Assembly: GCA_046598345.1 (NCBI GenBank)
Contig: JBKJIT010000004.1
Coordinates: forward strand, 69,702-133,701
DNA length: 64,000 nucleotides
Reading direction: 5' to 3'
From: Minisyncoccia bacterium
GTDB lineage: Bacteria > Patescibacteriota > Minisyncoccia > Phycocordibacterales > UBA918
Numbering within the stretch: the first letter of the stretch is position 1; the number at the start of each line of letters is the position of its first letter. A program made the translations under genes and the position numbers. The notes below the pieces were generated by a model, which saw only the letters and a program-made list of their open reading frames with translations, did not search any database and had not been told where the DNA came from. This document shows positions 9,510 through 17,801 of this stretch, piece by piece.

Positions 9510-9995
9510 ATGGCGCAAAAGCTTAATCGCAAAGATTTCCTCGTTTCTACCATCCGCAACGTCCGTCAGGTGTGGAAAAACATGAAGCCAGGAACAGCTG
9601 CCGGAGTTCAGGTACATGAGGTTTTCCAGGAAGCTCTGAGTGTGTTCACGGAGAATGAAATGCGGCAAGCCCTCAACGAACTTTTACATGAGGGTGTACT
9701 GCTCATGACTGCCACGACTGATCACTGCGTGAGAGGGAAGGTCATTCACGGCCTCACGTATATACAGGTAATACCTCTTGGGGCGCCGCTTCAGGAGTAC
9801 TACTGGAATCTAAACAATAAGGGAGACGTGGTAAAACCAAGTGAGTTCGAGCACTATGCTAAACGCTTCTCACACATGAGACTGTACGTTACTGCAGACG
9901 GATTGCCGGAACGGGTTAAGAAAAAGGACAGAGTATTCCTGGCTCAGATTGCTGCCGTCTTGCGTGCAACATCAACTAGGTATTCCGCCCAGTAG
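9510..9995 (+). CDS. hypothetical protein
   Basis: 161-aa ORF with RBS-like 'aggagagtcataATG'; followed by a terminator. Confidence 0.4.
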   Translation: MAQKLNRKDFLVSTIRNVRQVWKNMKPGTAAGVQVHEVFQEALSVFTENEMRQALNELLHEGVLLMTATTDHCVRGKVIHGLTYIQVIPLGAPLQEYYWNLNNKGDVVKPSEFEHYAKRFSHMRLYVTADGLPERVKKKDRVFLAQIAAVLRATSTRYSAQ

Positions 9996-10016
9996 AAAAA
10001 CATCACATCGCATGGC

Positions 10017-10046
10017 AAAGCCCCGCCCAATCGCGGGGCTTTTTGT
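10017..10046 (+). terminator. Rho-independent terminator
   Basis: agccccgc-ccaatc-gcggggct + TTTTTG. Confidence 0.8.
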
Positions 10047-10214
10047 TGGCCCTGCTTTAAAAAATGGCTTAAAACCATGTGTGATAAACTAGTGCATGCG
10101 GCAGGCATTCGCACTTCTCGGGCTCACAACCGCTATCATTGCGATCGGTGCATTCATTGCATTTGAATTTAAAGACACACCTGATGAATTGAACTCAGCT
10201 ACACAGTATTCTCA

Positions 10215-10508
10215 ATGATTACACTATTTGGAAAGACGAACTGCAGGTACACGACTGAAGTGGTGGGAATACTCGATGAGTATCGACTTTCGTACGTGAA
10301 GAAAAATATCGCGAACGTTGAGGTGCTCTCTGAACTTCTTGACCTTGGGGGAAAACGGCAGGTCCCGTATCTCATAGATAATGGACTACACCTGTATGAA
10401 TCAGATGCGATTATTGCATATCTCAGAGAAACATATGGGGAAGGGAAGGAACATCCAGTGAAAATGAACATTCATATCGCTGAGGAGGGTACCTGCGCAT
10501 CACTCTAG
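10215..10508 (+). CDS. Glutaredoxin-like / thioredoxin-fold protein
   Basis: 'ITLFGKTNCRYT...RQVPYLIDNGLHLYESDAIIAYL' resembles a glutaredoxin/GST-N fold with a single Cys. Confidence 0.5.
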   Translation: MITLFGKTNCRYTTEVVGILDEYRLSYVKKNIANVEVLSELLDLGGKRQVPYLIDNGLHLYESDAIIAYLRETYGEGKEHPVKMNIHIAEEGTCASL

Positions 10509-10549
10509 GCAAACAACTGAGTGGTATACTGATAAAAGTACCCATACGA

Positions 10550-10951
10550 GTGAGAGTGCTATTACGAGCTAATACATATCCCATGACTATTCCATCAATT
10601 ACAACAAAGGCGACGAATATTACGATTACTCCCAAAATTCACGAGCTTATTGAGCAGAAGTTCGCGCCCTTGGGTAAATTTATTCCGAAAGGAGCAGAAA
10701 ATACTATCTGCGAAGTTGAACTTTCAAAGATAGCTGAACATCAGTCAGGAAAGATTTACAGAGCAGAAGCAAACCTTACCATCTTGGGAAAACTGTATCG
10801 AGCAGAAGCTACAGAAGAGCATATTGAAAAAGCGATTGATGAGGTGCGTGACGAACTTAAGAGGGAATTGGTTCGCGCAAGTGGAAAGCGTGAGAGCCTT
10901 ATCAAGCGCGGCGGTAGAAAGATAAAGGAAATGATGCAGTTTGGAGGGTAG
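10550..10951 (+). CDS. hpf: Ribosome hibernation-promoting factor (HPF/RaiA family)
   Basis: 'ITITPKIHELIEQKFAPLGKF...CEVELSK...YRAEANLTI.GKLYRAEATEEHIEKAIDEVRDELKRELVR' matches the HPF/YfiA fold; start possibly Met at 10583. Confidence 0.7.
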   Translation: MRVLLRANTYPMTIPSITTKATNITITPKIHELIEQKFAPLGKFIPKGAENTICEVELSKIAEHQSGKIYRAEANLTILGKLYRAEATEEHIEKAIDEVRDELKRELVRASGKRESLIKRGGRKIKEMMQFGG

Positions 10952-10957
10952 CTAATA

Positions 10958-11860
10958 TCACACCTCAGGATTGAAATCGCTATATACCATCTCTCTTTTG
11001 CCTTCGGGAACGACTCGGAGTATTTTGAGTGAACCGTTAGGAGCAAGTTCAGCATCCTCAATTTTCACACGAATTCGTTTTCCATTTTTTTCAACAAAAA
11101 AGAATGTTCCTGGCCACCCGTCAAAAGCACGAATTTTTAAAAGATTTTGGTATGGATCATCATCCAGGTTAATTTCACCCATTTCTTTTGTAATTTTCTC
11201 GCAGAATGTAGCACTCCCATGCTGTTGCGGGGTGGGGGACATTTTTCCCTCTACCCAGTCAGGAAGGGTATGGACAAGCAACTGTGCTCCTTCACGTGCG
11301 AGGAGTTCGTCGAGCTCGTTTCCCCGCGGCGGCCATACGGGAGTCTGAATTATTTTCTGTGCCGCGATTGGTCCGTGGTCGAGCTCGTTGTCGAGTTGAA
11401 TGATGGTGACTCCTGTTTCTTTTGCATCCCGTAGGATTGCAGAACGGATAGGACTCGCGCCACGAAAGTGTGGAAGGAGAGACGGGTGCATATTGAGTGT
11501 CTTGTGGGGAGGAATTTGAAGCACACGCTCTGGAATAATTTTTCCATATGCGGCCACAATAAAGAGATCTGCGTTTGCTTCCTGTAGCACTGTGTACACC
11601 GTGTCATCTTTCAGTGTCCCTGGTTCTAGTGTAGGAATGTTCCGAGCTTCTGCCCACACTTTTACCGGAGTGGGAGTGAGTTCCTGATGTCGACCGGTCG
11701 GCCGATCGGGATTTGTGACGACGAGTACAGGAAGGTATCCGTCTTTTTCGAGTTCTTCCAAAACCCACACCGCAATATTTGGTGTGCCAAAAAATACAAA
11801 TCGTATGGATGTATTGTTATTCATCGGTTGCTTCGTGAAATTTCTTTGCTTCCAACTCAT
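10958..11860 (-). CDS. fmt: Methionyl-tRNA formyltransferase
   Basis: 'IRFVFFGTP...', 'NMHPSLLPHFRGASPI', C-terminal domain; directly downstream of def; likely start Met at 11824. Confidence 0.85.
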   Translation of the reverse strand: MSWKQRNFTKQPMNNNTSIRFVFFGTPNIAVWVLEELEKDGYLPVLVVTNPDRPTGRHQELTPTPVKVWAEARNIPTLEPGTLKDDTVYTVLQEANADLFIVAAYGKIIPERVLQIPPHKTLNMHPSLLPHFRGASPIRSAILRDAKETGVTIIQLDNELDHGPIAAQKIIQTPVWPPRGNELDELLAREGAQLLVHTLPDWVEGKMSPTPQQHGSATFCEKITKEMGEINLDDDPYQNLLKIRAFDGWPGTFFFVEKNGKRIRVKIEDAELAPNGSLKILRVVPEGKREMVYSDFNPEV

Positions 11861-12383
11861 CTTTGTCCCAGACCTTTACTGCGCGATCGGTAAACAAAAT
11901 ACCATCCAAGTGGTCTACTTCGTGTTGAAAGATTTGCGCGAGGATACCACTTGCACCGCGTTCATACGGACCCCCTTTTTCATCAAACGCGCGAATCGTT
12001 GTATGGGTTGAGCGCTCCACTGCACCGTAATCTAGGGGCACAGATAGGCAGCCTTCACCCACCACCTTCTTACGTTTTGAAAGCTTGGTGATCTTAGGAT
12101 TGATTGCCACAAGATCCGGGATGACTTTGTCTTTGTCGCGCTCTTTGTTCGTGTCGTGGACGAGAAATATGCGGAGTGGAATTCCGATTTGTGGAGCAGC
12201 AATTGCGACACCGCTAAAACCCTCCACGTTGTACGCGAGGAGAGCTGCACGCATATCCTTTATGACTTTCTGAATCTTCGGAGAGGATATAGTCTCTACA
12301 GGCACCTCATCCGCAATTCCATGCAGGGCGGGGTGGTCTTTTTTTACGAGCTTCATACCCACAATATAGCGCAGATTATGCAT
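11817..12383 (-). CDS. def: Peptide deformylase
   Basis: Motifs GIAAPQIG, EGCLSVP, HEVDHLDG. Confidence 0.9.
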   Translation of the reverse strand: MHNLRYIVGMKLVKKDHPALHGIADEVPVETISSPKIQKVIKDMRAALLAYNVEGFSGVAIAAPQIGIPLRIFLVHDTNKERDKDKVIPDLVAINPKITKLSKRKKVVGEGCLSVPLDYGAVERSTHTTIRAFDEKGGPYERGASGILAQIFQHEVDHLDGILFTDRAVKVWDKDELEAKKFHEATDE

Positions 12384-12521
12384 ACACTACAACTCATTAG
12401 AAGCCATAGTGCTGTCTCAGGTACGCGGAGGCGAGTCATGAAAACAGGAGACGTATGTCTATACGATGACTGTTCGAATGATGAAGTCAACAAAGTAGAT
12501 GGGCGGCAGTATGGCTTCTAA

Positions 12522-14411
12522 CTAGATAATCCGGTCAGGATTGATAACAATCCGAATAGAAGGCGGCAACTCACGAAGCGTCGCAGCAAGTTGTTGGTCA
12601 GGCCACTTATTTGGCGGCAATCGAATGAGTCCAAACTGCATCACTGCACCTTTTGGTGGAAAGGAAGAATTATAAATTGAAATACCATACGGGGCGAGAA
12701 CGGTCTTGATTAGATTTTCCATTTTTTCTACAACATCTTTTTGTCCTTGCCAGGTAAGGTGAACGAAAGTTGCGAAAGGGGGGTACGAGAATGTCTTCCG
12801 AAGCTCGAGTTCTTCGTTATAAAATTGCTCAATCGAACCGCGCGCTGCGAGATCAATGAGTGAGCGTTCTTTTGTTCGCGCCTGCACGTACACCGTCTGC
12901 TTGGTAAGTTCTCGAAGCTTGAGGAGAAGGGCAAAATTCTCTTCTTGAAGTCGCCACGTTGGTGTCGCATTAAGAGAGTCCATATTGACGACGATCGATA
13001 CATCGATCGGCTCATGAATGTACGGCAGCGCCATCGTCGTTCCAATCATGATTGATCCCTTGGTGTTGTAAAACGTATGCGCAAGAAACATTGCTTTCTT
13101 GTGTGTGCTTGCAGTCGTGTGATCGAACAGCGTGATTGCAGTTTTGGGAAGCAGTTTTCCGAGTTCATCATGCACATACTGAATTCCTATGCCGCGTTCA
13201 CGTAGTCGCCACGACCCACACTCATCACAGGTATCCTGCGCCCGCTTCCTTTCGCCGGAGGAAGGGCAGACGAACCAGCGTTCCTCAACTCCATTTTTGT
13301 TTGTTCGTATGAGGGAATACGGCGCGCCACTCTCTTCAGACCTGAAGATATACCCACAGTCGAGACAGGCAACGACGGGCGAGAGACCGCGCCTCGCAGC
13401 AAACAAGAAGACGTGCCCCCTTTTCTTTAAGACTTCTTTAATAGCTTCGATAACCTTGGGAGAAAAGAGTTTAAACGGAGTCGTACCATCTAATTTTTCC
13501 TGCATCAGCACGAGTTCAAGTTTCGCTTTGGTCTCAATGCGTTTTGGATTTTCACCGTAGGTTTGGTACTCATCCGTGCGCCGCATGTATTCTTCTTCGC
13601 TTCGAGGTACGATGTCGGCCATAATGATTCTTCTTCCCGCGTGCTTTGCGTGTACACGATGGACTTCTCGATAATCAAGGTAGGGACGTACCAACTCTTT
13701 GTAATAGGGTGACCGAGCACACTCCATAATAACGAGTGTGATGTCATGGCGTTCGAGAAGGGAATGGGAAGGTGTAGCGATTATAAGTTTTGGTTTACTA
13801 AAGTCATCGAGCGCTTCGTATGCAGCGCGCATATGTGGTTTCCCCATTGTGCTCGTGAGGAGAATCGTGCGGTCGACAATACCCGGGGAAAGATATTTGA
13901 AGAGTTCGTTCGCTTCGCCCGAAGTTGGCACCACACAGACCACCGAACCGCTATGCGCAAATGTCTCGCGGACGAGAGAGCGGTAGGAAAGGTAGCGCTC
14001 TCTCGAATGTGCGGTGAGAACTTCAGGAGTGAATGTCTCAGTTGGTATGACGTGATGGGTATGAGGTAGGGGAATTTCTCCGTTTCGAATATCAGGCGGC
14101 AAAAGGTTATAGAGAATCGCTCCCACGCTCGACGCGTAATAGAGCGACAGTTCTTCAGCTGTTTGTATGTACGCAGGAGAAAGACTTTGCACATTTTCTT
14201 GCGGAGGTAGTTTCTTAAGAGAAAACGTGGCAGCGCGGAGTGCTGTTTTTGCACCGCTCACTTCCTCGGTTCGAGTTACCACCCCCAGAAAAGATTGATT
14301 TCGTACGGGAATCGTAAGAACCGTGCCACATTCATACTTCGTTGCGGAGTAGTAGGAAAGCGTATCAATCTGTACACCGCGTTTAAGTGGAATGACGTCG
14401 ATTACGAACAT
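12522..14411 (-). CDS. priA: Primosomal protein N' (PriA helicase)
   Basis: 629 aa; helicase motifs; Cys-rich zinc region (CLDCG...CPSSGE...CDECG); priA-def-fmt order is conserved in bacteria. Confidence 0.8.
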   Translation of the reverse strand: MFVIDVIPLKRGVQIDTLSYYSATKYECGTVLTIPVRNQSFLGVVTRTEEVSGAKTALRAATFSLKKLPPQENVQSLSPAYIQTAEELSLYYASSVGAILYNLLPPDIRNGEIPLPHTHHVIPTETFTPEVLTAHSRERYLSYRSLVRETFAHSGSVVCVVPTSGEANELFKYLSPGIVDRTILLTSTMGKPHMRAAYEALDDFSKPKLIIATPSHSLLERHDITLVIMECARSPYYKELVRPYLDYREVHRVHAKHAGRRIIMADIVPRSEEEYMRRTDEYQTYGENPKRIETKAKLELVLMQEKLDGTTPFKLFSPKVIEAIKEVLKKRGHVFLFAARRGLSPVVACLDCGYIFRSEESGAPYSLIRTNKNGVEERWFVCPSSGERKRAQDTCDECGSWRLRERGIGIQYVHDELGKLLPKTAITLFDHTTASTHKKAMFLAHTFYNTKGSIMIGTTMALPYIHEPIDVSIVVNMDSLNATPTWRLQEENFALLLKLRELTKQTVYVQARTKERSLIDLAARGSIEQFYNEELELRKTFSYPPFATFVHLTWQGQKDVVEKMENLIKTVLAPYGISIYNSSFPPKGAVMQFGLIRLPPNKWPDQQLAATLRELPPSIRIVINPDRII

Positions 14412-14452
14412 GCCTGCATTCTAGCAAATGGAGGGTGAAGGGAGAAATATAA

Positions 14453-14493
14453 GAGCCCGGCAAGGAAAATGTAGATTTTTCCTTGCCGGGCTC
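14453..14493 (-). terminator. Rho-independent terminator of the XRE gene
   Basis: gagcccggcaaggaaaa...ttttccttgccgggctc, long hairpin. Confidence 0.6.
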
Positions 14494-14505
14494 ATGCCGC
14501 GCGGT

Positions 14506-14883
14506 TCACGTTTTGACGACCTTGGGCTCCAGGATTAACTCGTACTCGGTGTTTCCAACGCACACAACGAATTTGAGTTTACCTCCCATGCCCTCGATGA
14601 GCGACTTAAGTCTTTCTGTGTCGCAGCTCCCACGCTGCTCAACTCGCCAAACGTTTGAACGGTGAACCCCGGATGCACGGCTGAGATCTGGGCGTCCTAG
14701 CCCTAACCTTTCGCGCAGTTCTTCCAAACGTAGCCGGATTCGGTTTTCCGGACGTTCGTCAGAGAGGAGCCTCACCGAGGATTCATGAGCTTTACCTGCG
14801 GGCCGCCAATATAAATCTGAAAGATCACGCATAAGTGCCACATCTGCGGCTGCTTCGTTCTCAGTCATTGCCGTTCCTTTCAC
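14506..14883 (-). CDS. XRE-family helix-turn-helix DNA-binding protein
   Basis: 'LRLEELRERLGLGRPDLSRASGVHRSNVWRVEQ' HTH_XRE; locally GC-rich. Confidence 0.5.
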   Translation of the reverse strand: MKGTAMTENEAAADVALMRDLSDLYWRPAGKAHESSVRLLSDERPENRIRLRLEELRERLGLGRPDLSRASGVHRSNVWRVEQRGSCDTERLKSLIEGMGGKLKFVVCVGNTEYELILEPKVVKT

Positions 14884-14931
14884 TGTGAGTGTCTAAAAAA
14901 AGCCTACCATGCACATTCAAAAACACAACGG

Positions 14932-16434
14932 CTAGAATTCATCATGGTAGGCAATATGTGCCCCGAGCGCGGATAAGCGTTCCACTAAGTTTTCATACCC
15001 ACGATTGATGCTGTAAATGTTGCGTAGGATTGATGTGCCTTTTGCTCCAAGCATGCCAATAAGAAGAATCGTAGCTGGGCGAAGTGCGGGCGGACAAATA
15101 AGCTCTGCTCCACGAAGTGGAGTCTTTCCAGTTACGTAGATTCGATGAGGATCTGCAAGGACGGTTTCAGCACCGAGCTTATCAAGCTCAGTAAAGTAGA
15201 GCGCTCGTTTTTCATACATCCAGTCATGAATAAGCGTTTGGCCCACTGCCTGTGTAGCAATAACAGCAAAGAAGGGAAGATTGTCTGCATTCAGTCCCGG
15301 ATACGGGCGAGCATGTACTTTGTCCGCTGGTGCCATGAGTACTGAAGGATGCGTCGTGATATCGACGAGTCGCGTGAGACCATTTAGAGCGAGGTATGGT
15401 TTGCTCAGTGTATATTTGAATCCCATTTTTTCCAGCACCAGGAGTTCGATTTCAAGAAAATCAATCGGTGAGCGTTTGATTGTGATTTTTGAATTGGTGA
15501 GAATCGCGGCACTGAGAAAAAACATTGTGTCTGTCGGATCTTCTGAAAGGGTGTATTCGATATCCGTATCAATTTTCGCGATGCCGGTTACCGTGAGAGT
15601 AGTTGTGCCCACACCTTCAATCTGTACACCAAGCGCATTTAGAAATGCGCACATTTCTTGCACCATGTAGTTTGCGGACGCGTACTTAATCGTTGTGACG
15701 CAAGGGGCAAGAGCGGCAGCGAGAAGTGCATTTTCAGTAACGGTATCGCCGGATTCATACAGAATAATCTCCTCCGGGCATTTCCCAGCAACTTTGATAT
15801 GGAACGCGTCCTCGGTTGTATCAATATGTACCCCAAAGTGTTCGAGTGCATAAAAGTGGGGGCGTACGGTACGGCTTCCAAGCTTGCATCCACCTGATTG
15901 GGGCAGGCTGAACTCATTCATATAGTGAATGAGCGGTCCAATGAACATTACGATGCTCCGCGTGCGACTTGCAGCCGCTTTGTCGATCTTCTTTAGGTTA
16001 AACCTCTTTGGTGGTGTAATTATGATGTCACTATCACTCCATTCGACGCGTACACCAATTGATTCCAGTACTTCAATGAGTCGATGCACCTCCTCAATGC
16101 GTGGCATCTTTCTAAGCGTAGTTGTGCCACGGTTGAGGAGGGAGGCGCAGAGAAGACCGACAGCCCCATTCTTTGAGGTGCTCGTCGTAACAGTTCCTTT
16201 TAGTTTTTTACCTCCCGTAATTTTAAGATTCACCGTGCCGGGGGACAGTGTCAACAGATTTTTCTTAAGAGCAGCACTTACCTTCTTCAGCATTTCTGCA
16301 CTCACGTTCTGTTTACCTGTTTCAATACGTGCAATCGCGCTTTGCGTCGTCCCGAGCTTTCGAGCGAGATCAGTTTGCGTCATTCCTTGGGTTTCTCGTA
16401 GGTCGGCAATCCGAATTCCAATGTCTTTTTCCAT
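14932..16434 (-). CDS. murA: Fusion: N-terminal HTH_XRE domain + UDP-N-acetylglucosamine 1-carboxyvinyltransferase (MurA)
   Basis: N-terminus 'IRIADLRETQGMTQTDLARKLGTTQSAIARIETGKQNVS' (HTH_XRE); MurA body with 'LKITGGKKLKGTV' and active-site loop 'GGCKLGSRTVRPH' (catalytic Cys retained). Confidence 0.7.
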   Translation of the reverse strand: MEKDIGIRIADLRETQGMTQTDLARKLGTTQSAIARIETGKQNVSAEMLKKVSAALKKNLLTLSPGTVNLKITGGKKLKGTVTTSTSKNGAVGLLCASLLNRGTTTLRKMPRIEEVHRLIEVLESIGVRVEWSDSDIIITPPKRFNLKKIDKAAASRTRSIVMFIGPLIHYMNEFSLPQSGGCKLGSRTVRPHFYALEHFGVHIDTTEDAFHIKVAGKCPEEIILYESGDTVTENALLAAALAPCVTTIKYASANYMVQEMCAFLNALGVQIEGVGTTTLTVTGIAKIDTDIEYTLSEDPTDTMFFLSAAILTNSKITIKRSPIDFLEIELLVLEKMGFKYTLSKPYLALNGLTRLVDITTHPSVLMAPADKVHARPYPGLNADNLPFFAVIATQAVGQTLIHDWMYEKRALYFTELDKLGAETVLADPHRIYVTGKTPLRGAELICPPALRPATILLIGMLGAKGTSILRNIYSINRGYENLVERLSALGAHIAYHDEF

Positions 16435-16442
16435 GGGATCAA

Positions 16443-16460
16443 TATAGCATATATGCTATA
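16443..16460. promoter_or_regulatory. 18-bp perfect palindrome TATAGCATATATGCTATA between divergent HTH-murA and mreB
   Basis: Seen directly; lies 9 bp upstream of the HTH-MurA start codon; candidate operator for the fused HTH domain. Confidence 0.4.
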
Positions 16461-16471
16461 CATCGAACCAC

Positions 16472-17551
16472 GTGGTGTTGATAGATGAGTCACGGGCTAG
16501 TAAATTGTCAAAAAACAGATACCATATGAAGCATTGTATGTTCCAACGTCTCATTCCTAAAGTTGGTATCGATTTAGGTACCACGAATATTCTCGTCTAC
16601 ATACCAGGTAAGGGCATCGTCCTTAATGAGCCTTCAGTCGTTGCAGTTTCTGACTCAAACCAAATTCTTGCGGTGGGTGCTGAGGCAAAGCGTATGATCG
16701 GGCGTACACCGGACACCATCCGTGCGTATCGTCCAATGAAAGACGGTGTGATCGCCGATTACCGTGTAACGGAGGCAATGCTTCGCTATTTTCTTAAAAA
16801 AAGTTTAGGGAGCTACAATTTCTTTAAACCTGAAGTGATGGTGTCCGTGCCCGCGGGAGTGACTTCAACTGAAAAACGCGCGGTAGTGGAGGCTGCGATT
16901 AAAGCTGGCGCACGAAATGCCTACGTCGTGAAGGAGCCGATTCTTGCAGCAATAGGCGCTAACCTTCCTATATATGAAGCGCAGGGACACATGATCGTGG
17001 ACATTGGTGGAGGAACGATTGACGTCGCGGTCATCTCCTTAGGAGGTATTGTTGTCTCAAACTCAGTGAAGTGCGCGGGGAATCGCATTGATGCTGCAAT
17101 TACGGACTATGTAAAGAAAATTCACAATCTCTCTATCGGTGAAAAGACGGCTGAAGATATTAAAATTCAAATAGGGTCAGCACTTCCACTTGAGGAGGAG
17201 TTGCCTATGGAAATAAAAGGGCGCGATCTTTTTTCTGGGCTGCCGCGCACTGTCGAGATAAAGACAAACGAAGTGGTGCGGGCGATCTCTCGTGAGCTCC
17301 ATGAAATGATCAAAGCAATTAAAGACGTCTTTCAAAACACACCACCCGAGCTTGCGTCAGATATTATTGATTGCGGCATTATTATGACCGGGGGCACATC
17401 TCAACTTCGCAATTTTCCTGAACTGGTCAAACGTCGCACGGGAGTGAAGGCAACCTTGGCTGACCAGGCGCTCTTTTGCGTCGTGAAGGGGACTGGTATT
17501 GCACTAGAACATTTAAACGCCTACAAAAAAACCATTATCGCCAAGCGTTAA
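16472..17551 (+). CDS. mreB: Rod shape-determining protein MreB (actin-like), paralogue 1
   Basis: 'VGIDLGTTN...', 'VDIGGGTIDVAVISLGG', 'IIMTGGTSQLRNFPELV'; true start probably Met at 16526 or 16538. Confidence 0.8.
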   Translation: MVLIDESRASKLSKNRYHMKHCMFQRLIPKVGIDLGTTNILVYIPGKGIVLNEPSVVAVSDSNQILAVGAEAKRMIGRTPDTIRAYRPMKDGVIADYRVTEAMLRYFLKKSLGSYNFFKPEVMVSVPAGVTSTEKRAVVEAAIKAGARNAYVVKEPILAAIGANLPIYEAQGHMIVDIGGGTIDVAVISLGGIVVSNSVKCAGNRIDAAITDYVKKIHNLSIGEKTAEDIKIQIGSALPLEEELPMEIKGRDLFSGLPRTVEIKTNEVVRAISRELHEMIKAIKDVFQNTPPELASDIIDCGIIMTGGTSQLRNFPELVKRRTGVKATLADQALFCVVKGTGIALEHLNAYKKTIIAKR

Positions 17552-17667
17552 AATTGTGGCATCTACTTTGTTGCATTCGTCGTGCAGGCAGTCATCGTAT
17601 AGTTTTATACGCCTCCTGCCTACACTCCTCTGCGCCTCGTATCTGACACAAAATTTTAACGCTTGGC
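17540..17667 (+). repeat. Stop-codon-adjacent hairpin-flanked element, copy A (after mreB)
   Basis: Conserved core 17556-17651 (CTACTTTGTTGCATTCG...CGTATAGTTTTATACG...GCGCCTCGTATCTGACAC) flanked by a perfect 16-bp inverted repeat, gccaagcgttaaaatt / aattttaacgcttggc, overlapping the mreB stop. Confidence 0.6.
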
Positions 17668-17801
17668 AGAGCATCTTGAAGCGTAATGGTTCAATAGCTT
17701 GGAAACACCTCCACATTTCTTACAGATCAATATTTGAGTAATATCTAGAAAACCTGGGCACATCTTCTAAATCTGTTGGCTTTGCGAGGTATCATTAGTG
17801 C

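Noticed and set aside
12728-14254. Several 70-157-aa ORFs inside and antisense to priA (12728-13045, 13187-13402, 13189-13560, 13505-13747, 13738-14069, 13781-14254)
   Set aside because: All lie within the strongly supported 629-aa PriA frame, lack motifs and have biased composition; typical shadow ORFs.
17556-17741. 61-aa ORF (GTG start) covering repeat copy A
   Set aside because: The sequence is conserved at the nucleotide level across loci. The other copies do not maintain the same reading frame, so a structured DNA/RNA element is more likely than a protein.
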